The notes beneath the pieces are model-generated. The model did not search any database. It was not told the origin of the DNA and was given only the letters and a program-made list of their open reading frames with translations. A program made the position numbers and the translations under genes. From assembly GCA_964016885.1 (NCBI GenBank), contig OZ024741.1, forward strand, positions 224,068,001-224,132,000: a stretch of DNA of 64,000 nt, written 5' to 3'. Of this stretch, positions 26,419 through 38,749 are shown one piece after another (within the stretch, counting starts at the first letter, position 1; every line of letters starts with the position of its first letter). The stretch comes from Eledone cirrhosa (Eukaryota).

Positions 26419-26560
26419 CCTTATTTCCCGGTGTTGAAGACGCTACTTTTTCCCTATGCGTCCTGGAGGCCGAAGGTTTATTATTTTTTTTCAAATTTTT
26501 GGTTGTCAAAATTAGGGTACGTCCTCGAGGACGAAGCGTCTTCGGCGCCGGGAAATACGG
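26419..26560. mobile_element. Tc1/mariner-superfamily (Tc2/pogo-like) MITE
   Basis: TA|CCTTATTTCCCGGTGTTGAAGACGC ... GCGTCTTCGGCGCCGGGAAATACGG|TA. Confidence 0.8.
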
Positions 26561-26734
26561 TAATCAACTTCTTTGATATTTTGTTGTTATATTTTTGTGG
26601 TGGGTTAGATGGGATAAATTTTCGGGCAAAAAGCTTATATTCTCCTTTAGCTTCTCTCTTTAAAAATGTAGCCGTACATCTGTATACTACTATTACTTAG
26701 TGCTCATTTTGTCTATGCTTTTCCCTTAACTGGA

Positions 26735-26890
26735 AAGGCGGCGACTTGACAGTGTCGTTAGAACGTCGGAGACAACGATGCATTGTCGGCTCTCTGTTCT
26801 CTGAGTTCGAATCCCGCCGAGATCAACTTTGCCTTTCATCCATTCAAGGTCGATAAAAAAAAGTACCAGTCAAGTACTGGGGTTGATTCT
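26735..26890 (+). mobile_element. Meta-type tRNA SINE (older variant)
   Basis: GAGTTCGAATCCCGCCGAGATCAACTTTGCCTTTCATCC..GGTCGATAAAA..GTACCAG. Confidence 0.8.
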
Positions 26891-27084
26891 CCCTCTATAT
26901 CTCTTTCTCACTCTTTCTATGTCCTTCTGAGGAAGAAATATAGTGTATTCGGACCTGGTAGGTGATGGGCTCCGCTGGGTTTTAAAAATGCCCTAGAAAC
27001 GCCGTATGTCAATATGGCGTCCCTACGACTCCTCGGGAGTTACTGGTCCATATCATACCCTTTTCCTTTATAGGTAGTCGTGTT

Positions 27085-27325
27085 GAAGGCACGTAGCTTA
27101 GAGATTAGTGTGTTCAGCTCACGATCGTAAATGTGATTCCTAGCGAGGCGTTGTGTTCTCCAGCAAGATACTGGCATCACGTTCTTCTTTGTCCACTCAC
27201 CTGGCAAAAATGATTCCTATCTGTTCTACAAAGGGTCAGCCTAAGAATTACGTTAAGTCACTTCCACGTTAATTTCTGTTCTGTTTATCCTACAGCTGCA
27301 ACACTCGTTGTCAGAACCGACTGAT
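27085..27325 (+). mobile_element. Decayed CORE-type SINE
   Basis: GGCACGTAGCTTAG head, GTTGTGTTCTCCAGCAAGATACT core, GAACCGAC tail. Confidence 0.55.
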
Positions 27326-27699
27326 GTCCAACACATACAGTCTCCCCACCGCCGGATTATACGTTAAATATATAGAGATCGCTGAAGTCTGGCTCGTTGG
27401 TTCTTGTGATTATCGCCCCTCCCTTGAGCCACACTCGCAATAAATAAAATAAAGCTGTTTATATATAAGTAGTGTGAAAACTAAACTTCTGGCACGAACC
27501 TTGAGAAGTAAAAACTACTGGCCAAGCTCCAATAATCTTAACACAACGAGCAGGAGGAAATAAACAAAGAGAAACTCAAATATAAGGACAAGAGTTTGCA
27601 CCCTAAATACTATACCCTCAGTATCAACACCGCACCAATGAGAATCGACACACACTACAGAAACGGCAATTCTGGAAGTGAAGCAAACCCCACGAACAC

Positions 27700-28900
27700 A
27701 GTAGCGTCTGATAACACATCACATAAATTCGCCAACAATAGGTCTAGACCAGCGGTTCCCAACCTTTTATAATAAATTCCACCTTAATGATATAGCAAAA
27801 CAGTATGGCCCCCCCAAAAAATTAAAATTTTTTATATAATTTTTTTATGTAGAAATAATTTTGGCATGTCTTTTTATTTGTGAAGTAAAATCATAATTAG
27901 AGAAAGTTGATAGAAAGTTGAATATAAAAATTTGAAGCAAGAAAAAGAAAAAATATGTTAGGAAACTACTCTTCTTTTTTATGTATAAAATTTTGTGATT
28001 TTTAGTTAATTCCCGTGGCTCCCCCAATAACTTACTATGGCCCACTGGTGGGCCATGGCCCCCTGGTTGGGAACCAATGGTCTAGACACACAAAAAAAAA
28101 AAATTAAAAGAATAATATGGTATAATCCACCATATTCGGCAGGGCTTCGGACCAGCCTAGCTAAACTAGACAGATGTTTCCCTAAGACACATAGGTATTA
28201 CAGTATATTTAATAGACACACAATTAAGCTCTCATATTCCACTACCCGCAACTTAGCCCAACAAATAGCTTGTGTTAATCACGATAGATTGAGAAATCAT
28301 GGACACTAACTAAATGATGTCAACGTGGACCAAACTATACCCTATAGAGATAGACACAAAGATGATGCTGGTTGCGACAAGAAAACTGAAGCACTGGATG
28401 GAACATGAACATGGATCCGGGGCCGAGCAATACACCCCCTCCCCCAGAGACCAACCCACCACAGTTGCTAAAGTACGAAGCAGGCAATGCAACTACAGGA
28501 ATCCTTCTTCATGCTCACTAGGTAACGAATGCCTACATAAGAATATGGAATATCAGTATGGAAAACCCACAATTCGACATATTCCTATGTCGGGGCAACA
28601 TCGACCACCTTTAATGACCGTTGGTATAACCACTGCCACACCTTCAAGTGAGAGGAGAAACATAAAAGCATAGTTAGTTCTTTCTGATCTGATCTGAAAG
28701 CTCAAGTTAGTTAAAACACAATATTTACTGGAATGGTCTAAGTTTCGTAGGGTGCCTCCCGACCGTGGAGAGTCCTCTGTCTGAAATCTGTGTAAGTGAA
28801 ACCCTCGAAATTCTTAAACGTAGACCACAGATGATTAACAAAAGGGTGGACTTCTTCGGTGCTTCGGTGCTTGTCCACACCTAACATTAGGAACCTTCCT
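27700..28900 (+). mobile_element. Decayed Penelope-like element, C-terminal region with GIY-YIG endonuclease
   Basis: IIWYNPPYS..FPKTHRYYSIFNRHTIKLSYS, then CNYRNPSSCSLGNECL, YSYVGATSTTFNDRWYNHCHTFK and MINKR..CPH in broken frames. Boundaries approximate. Confidence 0.82.
27750..28079. mobile_element. hAT (Charlie-like) MITE inserted into the Penelope-like element
   Basis: CAGCGGTTCCCAACC / GGTTGGGAACCAATG termini. Perfect 8-bp TSD GTCTAGAC (27742-27749, 28080-28087). Confidence 0.9.
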
Positions 28901-29218
28901 CAAACGATATAGAAGATAAATTTATGTAGTGGCAGTAACAGATAACTTTCACCCATCCCCGAATATCATAGACAAGAAATATCTGTGCGTAACTTAGAAC
29001 CCCACAGAAGCAATAGTAAATGATAAACCCACGCGGGGTTACCCTACACACATTAACCACACAGATATAAATGACAGTATACCAATGTAGACTAGGAATT
29101 TGATATCAATCAGAAATTGTTAATAATAACACTTAAGTTACTATACACACTCCACTGAAGATTGGATAACAACTGGCAATGTTAATCGGACCTTCTCATA
29201 CATGCTATTTCTTTAATA

Positions 29219-29425
29219 CAGTCTGTTCGCTTTTTACGCGAACTTGAATTACGCGAATTCGCTTTAACGCCTCTTGAAAAAATATGATCAAATATTCAGT
29301 TTGCGCGAATAACGCGTGTGGTTTCTGATTTTTTTTATTTATCAGCCAATTAGACTTGAATTACGCGAATTTGCTTTACGCGCCGCATTCACGAACGCAT
29401 CGTCGCGTAAAAAGCGAACACACTG
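29219..29425. mobile_element. pogo/Tigger-like MITE
   Basis: TA|CAGTCTGTTCGCTTTTTACGCGA ... TCGCGTAAAAAGCGAACACACTG|TA; internal ACTTGAATTACGCGAATT repeat. Confidence 0.87.
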
Positions 29426-29436
29426 TACTTATAATC

Positions 29437-29740
29437 CTTGGGGAGTTTGCCCTCCTCAGCCCGAAGTGCAGCAGAATCTAGGTTAGTCGGGCTGAGGAGG
29501 GTAAACTCTCCAAGTACCAGTCGCTCTCCGACAGGTTTGCGGTCGTGCACTTGGCAGTGGAGACTTCTGGTGTCCTTGGCCCTAGGGCTACCTCCCTACT
29601 CACCACCATAGGCGCTGAGTTGGCCAGCCGCAGGTGTGAGCTTCGCGAGATGGAATAGTTCTTTCAGCGCATCTCCCTTACCATCCTCTGGGGGAAACGT
29701 CTTCTCCATTCAGTCCGCCAGGGCTGAGGGACCCCATTTG
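29437..29740 (+). mobile_element. CRE-clade 3' fragment with inverted 5' end
   Basis: 29486-29740 aligns to ~1612-1850; 29437-29488 is the reverse complement of ~1588-1639. Confidence 0.87.
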
Positions 29741-30639
29741 CCCATAATACAGAGAGCTGGGAGAGGGCGAGAGAAATGGAGGCGATGATAGTGGGAGTTC
29801 GGCTTTTCCGTGTTCGGACACATTGGTAAGCACTTGAAATAGAAATATTAAAATCGGAAGAAATAATTGCTATAGATCCTTGAGTATGAATATATCCACA
29901 CTATACAGATTGAAAATTCTAATATATACGTATTTTTACTGAGAACGTCCTCACACATATATGTTCAAAGCAAACATAACACCTATAAATACTATGTATC
30001 GAATTTCTTTATTCCTTACTGTTCATGTCACACACATGCATATGTGTATCTACATTTTTATTGTTAATTATTTTTATCTTTATTTTGAATTGCTATGATA
30101 GAGGTCACAATTACGATTATTACTACAACTTTCTTTTATTTTCTCTTCTTCCTTTTCTGTTCCTTTTAGTAGTGTGTTTTATTTTTATTAGATACTACTC
30201 AATTATTTATACATGATGTCAATGGCCTTTCATGACATTGTGAAATTTTGTATATTGAATAAAAGACGACGTTCTTTGAACTGTCAACATCATACTCCAA
30301 CATGCACCATCTCTAAAACATCTACTTTATAGGGTCCAATTAACCTTTAATCATCAATGGAATGATCAAGAATAAAAACCATGAATAAAAATCTACCAAA
30401 AAGATTGAATGATCACACCCTGTCAAATAATGTTAACTAGAGAGTCTTATACGTCAGCTGGACGTTGGTGGAGTAATATCAAAACCCGCCCGGGACATAT
30501 CGCACGTCGAACAAATGATTACTCAATAGCTGCCTGATGAGGTTATATCTATTACATAATAGATACCACTGAAATATAGATAACAGTAACAAAGTAATCA
30601 ATAAAATGGTGTAAGATTAAAGCACACTGACTTCTTCTT

Positions 30640-31018
30640 TGTAGAGGGTCGGACGCCATGCTTTCCAGCATAGTTACGTCCCTTTACGATCTGAGTTCAA
30701 ATCCGGCCGAGGTTGACTTTGCCTTTCATCCTTACGGGGTCGATAAAATAAAGTACCAGTAATGCACTGGGTAATTGCTGGCCTTGTGCCTAAAGTAGAA
30801 ACAATTATTATTATTATTATTATTATTAGGGCGGTGGATCGGAAGTATCGGTAGAGCGTCAGACACCATGCTTTGCAGCATGGAGTTATGGCCCTTTACG
30901 TTCTGAGTTCAAATACCGCCGGGGTTAGCTTTGCCTTTCATCCATTAAGGAGTCGATAAAATAAAGCACCAGTAATGCACTGGGTAATTGCTGGCCTTGT
31001 GCCTAAAGTAGAAACAAT
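30640..31018 (+). mobile_element. Two tandem Meta-type SINEs separated by (ATT)n
   Basis: 30640-30803 (5'-truncated, subfamily B) and 30828-31018; both end GCCTAAAGTAGAAACAATT. Confidence 0.88.
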
Positions 31019-31492
31019 TATTATTGTGTGTGTGCGCACGCGCGTGTGTGTATGAATTAAATTTAAGTGTCTTTGAGATGGGAAAATAAGATTATTTCAC
31101 AGTAAAAATAATATTTGTTTATTTAATAAGGCAATGTGATTATAATGCTTTTTTGTTTGTTTTTTAAGTATTGATATAAGATTATTAGGTTTCTCAATGT
31201 ATCAAGCGGCTGTATTATCAGACCTTTTGTCATTTTGTAAACAAAGACATTTATAAACAATGTGTTAATTTTTTTCCTGCAGATCAATATATATAGTGGA
31301 TATAGGATAATTCATTAGAATGAGACTTGCTATAGAAGGTGCTTAATATTCTTCAAATTCAGAAGGGTCTCAAAGAGTCAACTTCGACTGAATTTAAATA
31401 TTTTCATAAGGTTTAGAAACTGGTAGTGGTTGACTGTGTAATAAAAAAAAAAAGGAAGAGGATATGTAACCGGTAAGAGTGTCAGACACAAT

Positions 31493-31908
31493 GAGCTTGA
31501 CACCTATATCTGAGCGGCAGCTGAGGAGAGATGCAATGTCAGGTTTGACGACATTGGGTGGCAACAGGCTACCTTACCTGTTAGATATGGTGGCCTTGGC
31601 CTCCGGTCCCCGATCCTGCTCCTGGCTTTGCCGGCGTTTCTTTCGTCGGTAACCTCATGCTGCATCTTTGTCAGCAGGGTTCTCCAAAATACAATGGAAC
31701 TCTCTGTGTGATCGAGGAACGTGAGGTCGCCTGCGAGATGTGGGACAGAGGCTGGGACTTAGCCCAGTGGACGTCCCTCCTCCTCCTGCTGACGTCAAGC
31801 CCCCCCCCCCCCCCAGCATTTGGGAAGCCATCCAGTGCAGCCTGGCCTCCGACAGGCTCACGCGCCAGCTCGACCAGCACCGCCCTGCCTGTTTTCGCGC
31901 GGCCTCCA
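31493..31908 (+). mobile_element. CRE-clade internal fragment
   Basis: Aligns to ~785-1192 (GWQQATLPVRYGGLGLR ... LDQHRPACFRAAS). Confidence 0.87.
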
Positions 31909-32921
31909 TTTGAAATATTTTCCACCATCAATTGTTAAAAAACAAGTTAAAATCATTTAGTCGTCCATTCGTAACGTACGTTACGCTTTAGTTACATACA
32001 CACACACATCTACACGTAAATACATAATCAGATACAGACAACAGAAGGGAGGAGCTGGTGGAATGCTATAGTGTTGCGTCCCTTTATGGTTTACTGGCTA
32101 CATAACCTATTCGAAAAACAAAAAACCGTTTGAACTGTGGATCAATTTTTCGCTATGCTGAGTGTACATCCTCCAGTTTAGAACAGGTACACCATATCCT
32201 TGTATGTCGTAAGAAGCGACTAAAAGAATTAGTGTTAGGAAGGGTATCCAGCTGTAAAGATTGCTCCCCAAAAGTCCCTTCCAAGCCATGCCAGCATGGG
32301 AAAGTGGGTGTAAAAACGATGATGATGACGATGGCTGCCAAAACTTTACCTATTCGTGGCTTTGCCTTCTGTTATGTAGCAATATTTCCAGCAGTTACAC
32401 GAAGAATAAGTGGACTGTCAGTGGACATAAAAAGCTTGTCCAATTCATGTTATATACATCAACATTCACCATGTTATGCTGCGCCTTGTATGTTTTTATT
32501 TTAGACACTATCGCATTTCAGTAAGGATATCAACTCACTGGATAGACAAATTGAGGGTAAATCAATTCTGCTGTCAATTTTGCGTGCAAATTTTTGTGTT
32601 CTTTCCATCCTCTATGAACAAATTCTGTTAGAAATCAAGCCTCTAGCAACGATGCTGGAATCTTCTTCACTATATATGAAGGCAGTAATCAAATTGATAT
32701 TCAGCTACTTTGAGCATTTTGATGTTGAGTTAAAGGAAATGACCAGTGACCAGTATCAGATCTTTTTTCAATGCAAACTGATCTGGAATAAAACTCCTAC
32801 AGACAAGATAAAAATCCTTGATTCCATTTACTTCAAGAATAGGAGGCAAGTTCATGGTATGGTGGAGGTAGTCTAAATGTTACGAATGTATGAGCATGAA
32901 GCACTTGAGAATTTCCTATCT

Positions 32922-34050
32922 TGTGACGAAAGAGGACAGTGTTCTCCCTCCCTATTTATGCTATATGTAAATGTGGGGCTAGGAGTTGGAAGTGCATGAG
33001 AGGTCTTACTGGAAGTGAGGACCCAGTGACGTCACATCGGAAGTGCGGGCAGGGTCTCTCTCTTGGTCCGTGTAGACGTCCTGTGATGACTGGTGCGAAT
33101 GGGTGTGTGAACTTTGCTATGTTCTCTGGTGAGCATCACGCAGGGAGATTCACTCCGGACTCGAATGGAGACGCAAAAGTAGGTTTCTTTACTTTTTACG
33201 ATGAGCTATTTCGGCAGCGGTTTTTATTATTATTATTTACTTTCTCCGACTCACAGAAAGGAGGACAGCAACCACAACAACAAGGTCGAACTGGACGCCG
33301 TGCCGAAGGGGGCTGTACATTATAGAGATTCATACTGATTTGGCCATTGTACTTGGATGGGTGAAATCAGTGCTTACCAACAAGAGGAGGGTGCAAACAA
33401 AAGGAATAGCAGAGATGCTAATAAAGCATTGCCTGGCAACTCTGAGAGAGTTAGCTGCTGAGTTTGGCCTGAAGTTGAATGTGGTATTAGTGCCCTCAGA
33501 GAAAAATAAGGTGGCTATCCTAACTGGAAGTGCCTGAGGATTCAGAAAAGGGGATAGCTGCAGTTTGTCAGCTGAGTGACTTGGAGTTGAGGAGATTGCA
33601 TACCCTGCATAATATATGAGTGGATAGGACTCTGTTCCTAGCCAGGAAAATTGATTCCGATGTTACCAGACAGCATGTCCAAAATTTGTCAGGAGTTGTG
33701 ACAGATGTTGGGCTATTGACCCCACCACCCTGGGCATGCACGAGATGGGTAACATCCCAGTGGAGTACAACTGGAAGCAATTAGCAGTGGATGTGATACA
33801 CTACCGACAGGTGACGTATCTCTCGATGCTCGATTGTGGACTGGGGTGGATGTCAATATGGAGAGAGATGAAGACAGGGACTGTGCAGTAAATCACACAA
33901 ATACAGAAAGAAATATTCTTGGGGGTGGGGCCCTGTGGATGAACTGTTGATGGATAACAGCATAGCATTTTGCTTGGAAGTGCTGAAGTAGATGGGTGGA
34001 ATGTGAGTCACTACTTCAGAGTGGTGTACAGGCTGAGTGGAAATGGGAAG
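32922..34050 (+). mobile_element. Decayed, internally deleted Gypsy-type LTR retrotransposon (putative LTR plus RNase H end and integrase)
   Basis: TGTGACG start. EIHTDLAIVLGWV..LVPSEKNKVAILT (RNase H end), VDRTLFLAR, NWKQLAVDVIHY..YLSMLDCG, GPVDELLMDN and SGNG (integrase core) in broken frames. Second LTR not found. Confidence 0.75.
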
Positions 34051-34524
34051 TAAATAACAATATCTAAGGTAATTGACATGGCTAACTTTTTCTCCTCTCA
34101 ATACAAAGAGTAGGTGATATAACTGTATATAGATTAGAGTTGATGGAAGCAATACCATTTTCTTATTGACTACATTTCAGAGGATAGATGAGGTAGCTAT
34201 TAGTAACACTAAGGTTTTCTGGCACACAGGCACTCACATTTTTCTAGATGACTATGAGGTGTAAACATCTAAACAACACTGTACATCTTGATAACGAGAC
34301 TGTGAAAGTCTAAAAAAGTTGATTTAAATTATGGAATTAGAAACTTTGTTTTTGAAAATGAGTTGTTTTTGAAAATGAGTTGCTTATAAGAAAGTATGAG
34401 AAAAATCTAATAAAAAGTTATAATTCTACTATAGTCATGTCTTTAACAACACATGCCTAAAAAAAGCTGTTCCCCATGTACACACAAACGTACACACACT
34501 TTACATATATTTATATATATGTAA

Positions 34525-34785
34525 AGTGGTCGTGTAGGTGTCATGACAAAAAGCTCCTAATCACATAGTAAAGTGGTTGTTTAGGCTTCACAACAAAAAG
34601 CACCCAGTACTCACTGTAAACGAGGTGGGTGCTAGGAAGGGCATCCAGCTGTAGAAACCAAGCCCAAATCAGTTCTGTATGAGCAAGACATAGTCACCTG
34701 ACCTAGCATTGCTCACCACAGGACAACTCATCTAACCCATGCCAGCGTGGAAAAATGGACGTTAAATGGTGATGATGATGATGAT
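34525..34785 (+). mobile_element. RTE 3'UTR-related SINE/LINE tail ending in (GAT)n
   Basis: AGGAAGGGCATCCAGCTGTAGAAA..GGACGTTAAATG(GAT)n. Similar pieces at 32200-32330, 46280-46700 and 58040-58335. Confidence 0.75.
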
Positions 34786-35580
34786 ATATGTGTATATATA
34801 TATATACATATATACATTTTGTAACCTTATTTCTAACAGGTTGTCTTTTATATATTTGGGTACTTGTGGCCAATAAAAGAAAGGATTATTGTTGTTGATA
34901 TTTTCAAGATAAACACATTTAAAACAACAACAACAACAACAACAACAAGAAACAGATCACTCCTAGTTAGTTTCAGTAAATGTAGGCTTATTGATTTTTA
35001 AGAAGGCTGGTTAAAAATTATAGTTTTTCCGGAATCTATTCTAATAATACTGGTGCTATATTTTAGTTCCTCCAATTTACCAGAGTTCCACAGATATTTC
35101 ACTGCAGAATAAATTATGAAATTTGATTTTTAAATTTATTTTTACAACATTTATACATGTATGTATGTATGTATGTATGTATGTATGTATGTATGTATGT
35201 ATGTATGTATGTATGTATGTATGTATGTATGTGTGTATGTATGTTCTTCTGGTTTTATAATTTCACAAAGTTTTACCAATAGAGGGAGTCGGTTTCTAAC
35301 CTAGACACAAGACTCTCTCATTGGAATTTACACAACATCAACTAGGTAGATATGTATGCATGTCAGCATGCATGTGTAGATATGGATGTTATTGTATGTG
35401 TGGATGTGGATGTTTTGAGTTGTATGTGTGCATGTGTATATGCTTTGTATCTGTACATGTGTATATGCAGTTATTAGATGCAAAATTTTTGGAATGTTTT
35501 ACATATTTTTACTGTTCCATTAATGGATTGTACTTGTAATTTCCTAACTAGTTCCTAGCTTCTCAAGATTTGTATGTATG

Positions 35581-35614
<34 letters not shown>

Positions 35615-36040
35615 TGTATGTATGTATGTATGTATGTATGTATGTATGTATGTATGTGTGTGTATATGTATGTATGTATGTATGTATGTGTATGAATATA
35701 TGTGTGTGTATATGTATGAATATATGTGTATATTTAAAATGGTGCTGATATATGATATGATACACATTCACACACATATATATATACATATAAATATAAA
35801 AGTAAATATATATATATATATGTATATGTATATATATATGTGTATATATATGTATGTGTGTATATATATATACTTTAATCTGTTATTTTAATATATATAT
35901 ATACATATATATATATATACACACACACAATATATACATATATATATATATACACAATATATACATATATATATATATATATATTTCGTTTCTGAATTTG
36001 TTTAGCAAGATTCTTTATCTGAAAACGTGTGTTGAAACCG

Positions 36041-37329
36041 ATATTGTTATACTTTGGGAGGGTCATGTTGCCAATAAGAAACACACGCACCAGTTGCTTT
36101 CACTCCAATTTATTATGCGGATTTGGTACGGGTGATGAGAAACGTGTCCCGCATGTGCAACCCCAAAGAACTGGAGAGACACATACAACACTTCATCCAC
36201 CGTATGCAATTCTCTGGCTACAATCAGAGAGATAAAATCAGAGTATATAGAGGAGCCAGAACCAAATGGGAAAAAATGGTAAATAATGATACAAATGGGA
36301 CCTGCCTCTTGTATAGGAGCAAATTTTGGAATAGAGTAGAAAGAACTAGGAATAAGGTTAATAGAATAAACTCATGGTTTGATAGCAATAAATACCAGAG
36401 TGTAATGTTCATCGATACACCCCCTAAAGGTGAATTAGCTTACAAATTTAGAAGGGCCCTAGATAAACATAAACTTAATATTAAGATAGTAGCAAGACCA
36501 GGTACCTCCATAAAAACACTTAGCAATACATACCCTTTTCAAAGACCTCCCTGTATAGATAAGAAATGCATAATCTGTAAACTAAGGCCCCATATTAATT
36601 GTAAAACTAGAAACATAGTATATAGCATAAGATGTACTGAAGGACAATGTAAAGATAAGAATATAGTGTACATAGGTGAGACAGCTCGTAGTATAGGGGA
36701 ACGGATAAATCAACACTGGTGAGACCTTCAAGATAGTAAAGAATCATCTGTACTCTACCAACATGCTAAAATAGAACATAAGGGCAAATTAGAGAACATA
36801 GAAATAAAAATAAAATCTACACACAGAAAAGAGGCAATGTTTAGACAAATCACAGAGGCAATAAACATAAATGAACTCCAACCAAAATTAAATAGAAAAC
36901 ATGAATGGAATAGCAACATCACAACTTACAATTAAGGACAAAATGAAAACACACACATAGAACAAACAACCAGCCAGTAACATGTAAATAAACAAATAAA
37001 TAAACAAATAAAAACACACACAGCCACCCGCGCAAACTAAGCAAACTAAGCACACAACACACAGAAACAAGATGGCGTAGGACAGAACAAAGGAGAGGCA
37101 CAACACAAAGAGAAGAATCCCCAGTCACTGAAGAGGTCACAGAATGTGTGACGAAAGAACTTTGACATATGAACAACCGTCTGGTTGTGGAACCAACCAA
37201 CCGGAAATTTCTAAATTTTTTTTTAAAATAAAAAAAAAAAAACTTTTTAATTTATAATAAATTGGAGTGAAAACAACGGATGCATGTGTTTCTTATTGGC
37301 AACATGACCCTCCCAAAGTATAACAATAT
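36041..37329 (+). mobile_element. 5'-truncated Penelope-like element with C-terminal GIY-YIG endonuclease, hammerhead-containing 3' region and inverted terminal copy
   Basis: Frame 36123-~36935 (one TGA at 36720): MQFSGY..LYRSKFW..CIDKKCIIC..NIVYSIRC..VYIGETARSIGERINQH..SVLYQH..RQITEA..LNRKHEW. 36041-36116 is an inverted copy of 37254-37329. Confidence 0.9.
37124..37166 (+). ncRNA. Minimal type I hammerhead ribozyme motif in the Penelope 3' region
   Basis: GUCA CUGAAGA GGUCAC agaaugu GUGAC GAAA GAAC UU UGAC: core boxes present, stem II GUCAC/GUGAC, stem I GUCA/UGAC, weak stem III. Confidence 0.65.
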
Positions 37330-37338
37330 ATATATAAT

Positions 37339-37684
37339 GGAGGCACATGGCTTAGTGGTTAGAGCATTGGCCTTGCAATCGAAAGGTTGTGAGTTCAATT
37401 CTCAGACCGGGTGATGTGTTGTTTCCTTGAGCAAGACATTTTATTTCACATTGCTCCAGTTTACTCAGCTGTAGAACTGAGATGATAGGGACTGGGGTCC
37501 CTATCATTCCACTGTAAAGTGGACGTGTAGGTGCCACGGCAAAAAAGCACCCAGCACTCACTGTAAATGAGGTTGGTGTTAGGAAGGGCATCCAGCTGTA
37601 GAAATCATGCCAGAATCAGTTCCCGTCCCACCCTTGCAAGCAGGGAAAAGTGGACGTAAAATGAAATGATGATGATGAATGATG
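37339..37684 (+). mobile_element. tRNA-head CORE SINE with RTE-derived 3' tail
   Basis: TGGCTTAGTGGTTAG (A box), GAGTTCAATT (B box), CCTTGAGCAAGACA core, GGTGTTAGGAAGGGCATCCAGCTGTAGAAA tail, (GAT)n. Near-identical to 62953-63300. Confidence 0.88.
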
Positions 37685-38189
37685 ATATATATATATTTTA
37701 ATATATATATATAATATATATATACATATATATATATATACATATATATATATTTTAATATATATATATAATATATATATACATATATATATATATATAC
37801 ATATATATATATTTTAATATATATATATAATATATATATTTTCATTATTCGAAACATATTTGGATTTTAACGTTTAAACCTGTCTACGGAACAGGTTTGA
37901 TTTTGAAATTTAAATTTGTCCAAGCACTACGGCCATTACCAATATGATTTGTTTTTATTGATTTATTATCTTAAATGGAGACAGGCAAAATGTATTATTA
38001 TTATTAGTATATTTCAATCTAGCTAACTTTAGTCGTTTACAATACAAATATGAATATGTTGGTATTTGTGTTTATCAAATATATTAATTTATATTAACTT
38101 GTATTACACGGCTCAGAAATACTTCTTTCTTTGAGCTATTTCATTGTAAAAGACTGCCTGAGTTTTGAACTCATTATTATTGATAGTAC

Positions 38190-38220
<31 letters not shown>

Positions 38221-38250
38221 CATATATATATATTTTAATATATATATATA

Positions 38251-38300
<50 letters not shown>

Positions 38301-38352
38301 TTATATATATATCTACATATATATATATATATTTTTATATATATATATTAAA

Positions 38353-38392
<40 letters not shown>

Positions 38393-38409
38393 TTTAATAT
38401 ATATATATA

Positions 38410-38465
<56 letters not shown>

Positions 38466-38539
38466 TTTTATATATATATCTACATATATATATAAAAATA
38501 TATATGTATATATATATACATACATGCACACACACACAT

Positions 38540-38582
<43 letters not shown>
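37685..38582. repeat. (TA)n-rich tracts with ~50-bp higher-order units
   Basis: Direct periodicity at 37685-37840 and 38190-38582. Confidence 0.85.
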
Positions 38583-38583
<1 letters not shown>

Positions 38584-38749
38584 GGTCGGAATTATAATTT
38601 GTATTGTTAGGCTTTCAAATAGATAAGACAACATTTGTCTTGTTAACGAAGCACTTAATTTACTTAACTCTCTCTCCTGTTGTCTCAGAGTCGGTTTAAT
38701 TCAATTAAAAATCAATGAAGCTGTTCCTCATCATCATCACAGTCAACTA

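Noticed and set aside
29150-29200. CTGAAGA motif downstream of the first Penelope element
   Set aside because: No properly placed GAAA box or stems, so not called a hammerhead.
31262-31340. Acceptor-like TTTTTTTCCTGCAG
   Set aside because: All three frames stop within 12 codons and there is no other support for an exon.
37339-37410. tRNA-like sequences with A and B boxes (also 6501, 48003, 51481, 62953)
   Set aside because: SINE heads continuing into CORE/Meta domains; no complete cloverleaf.
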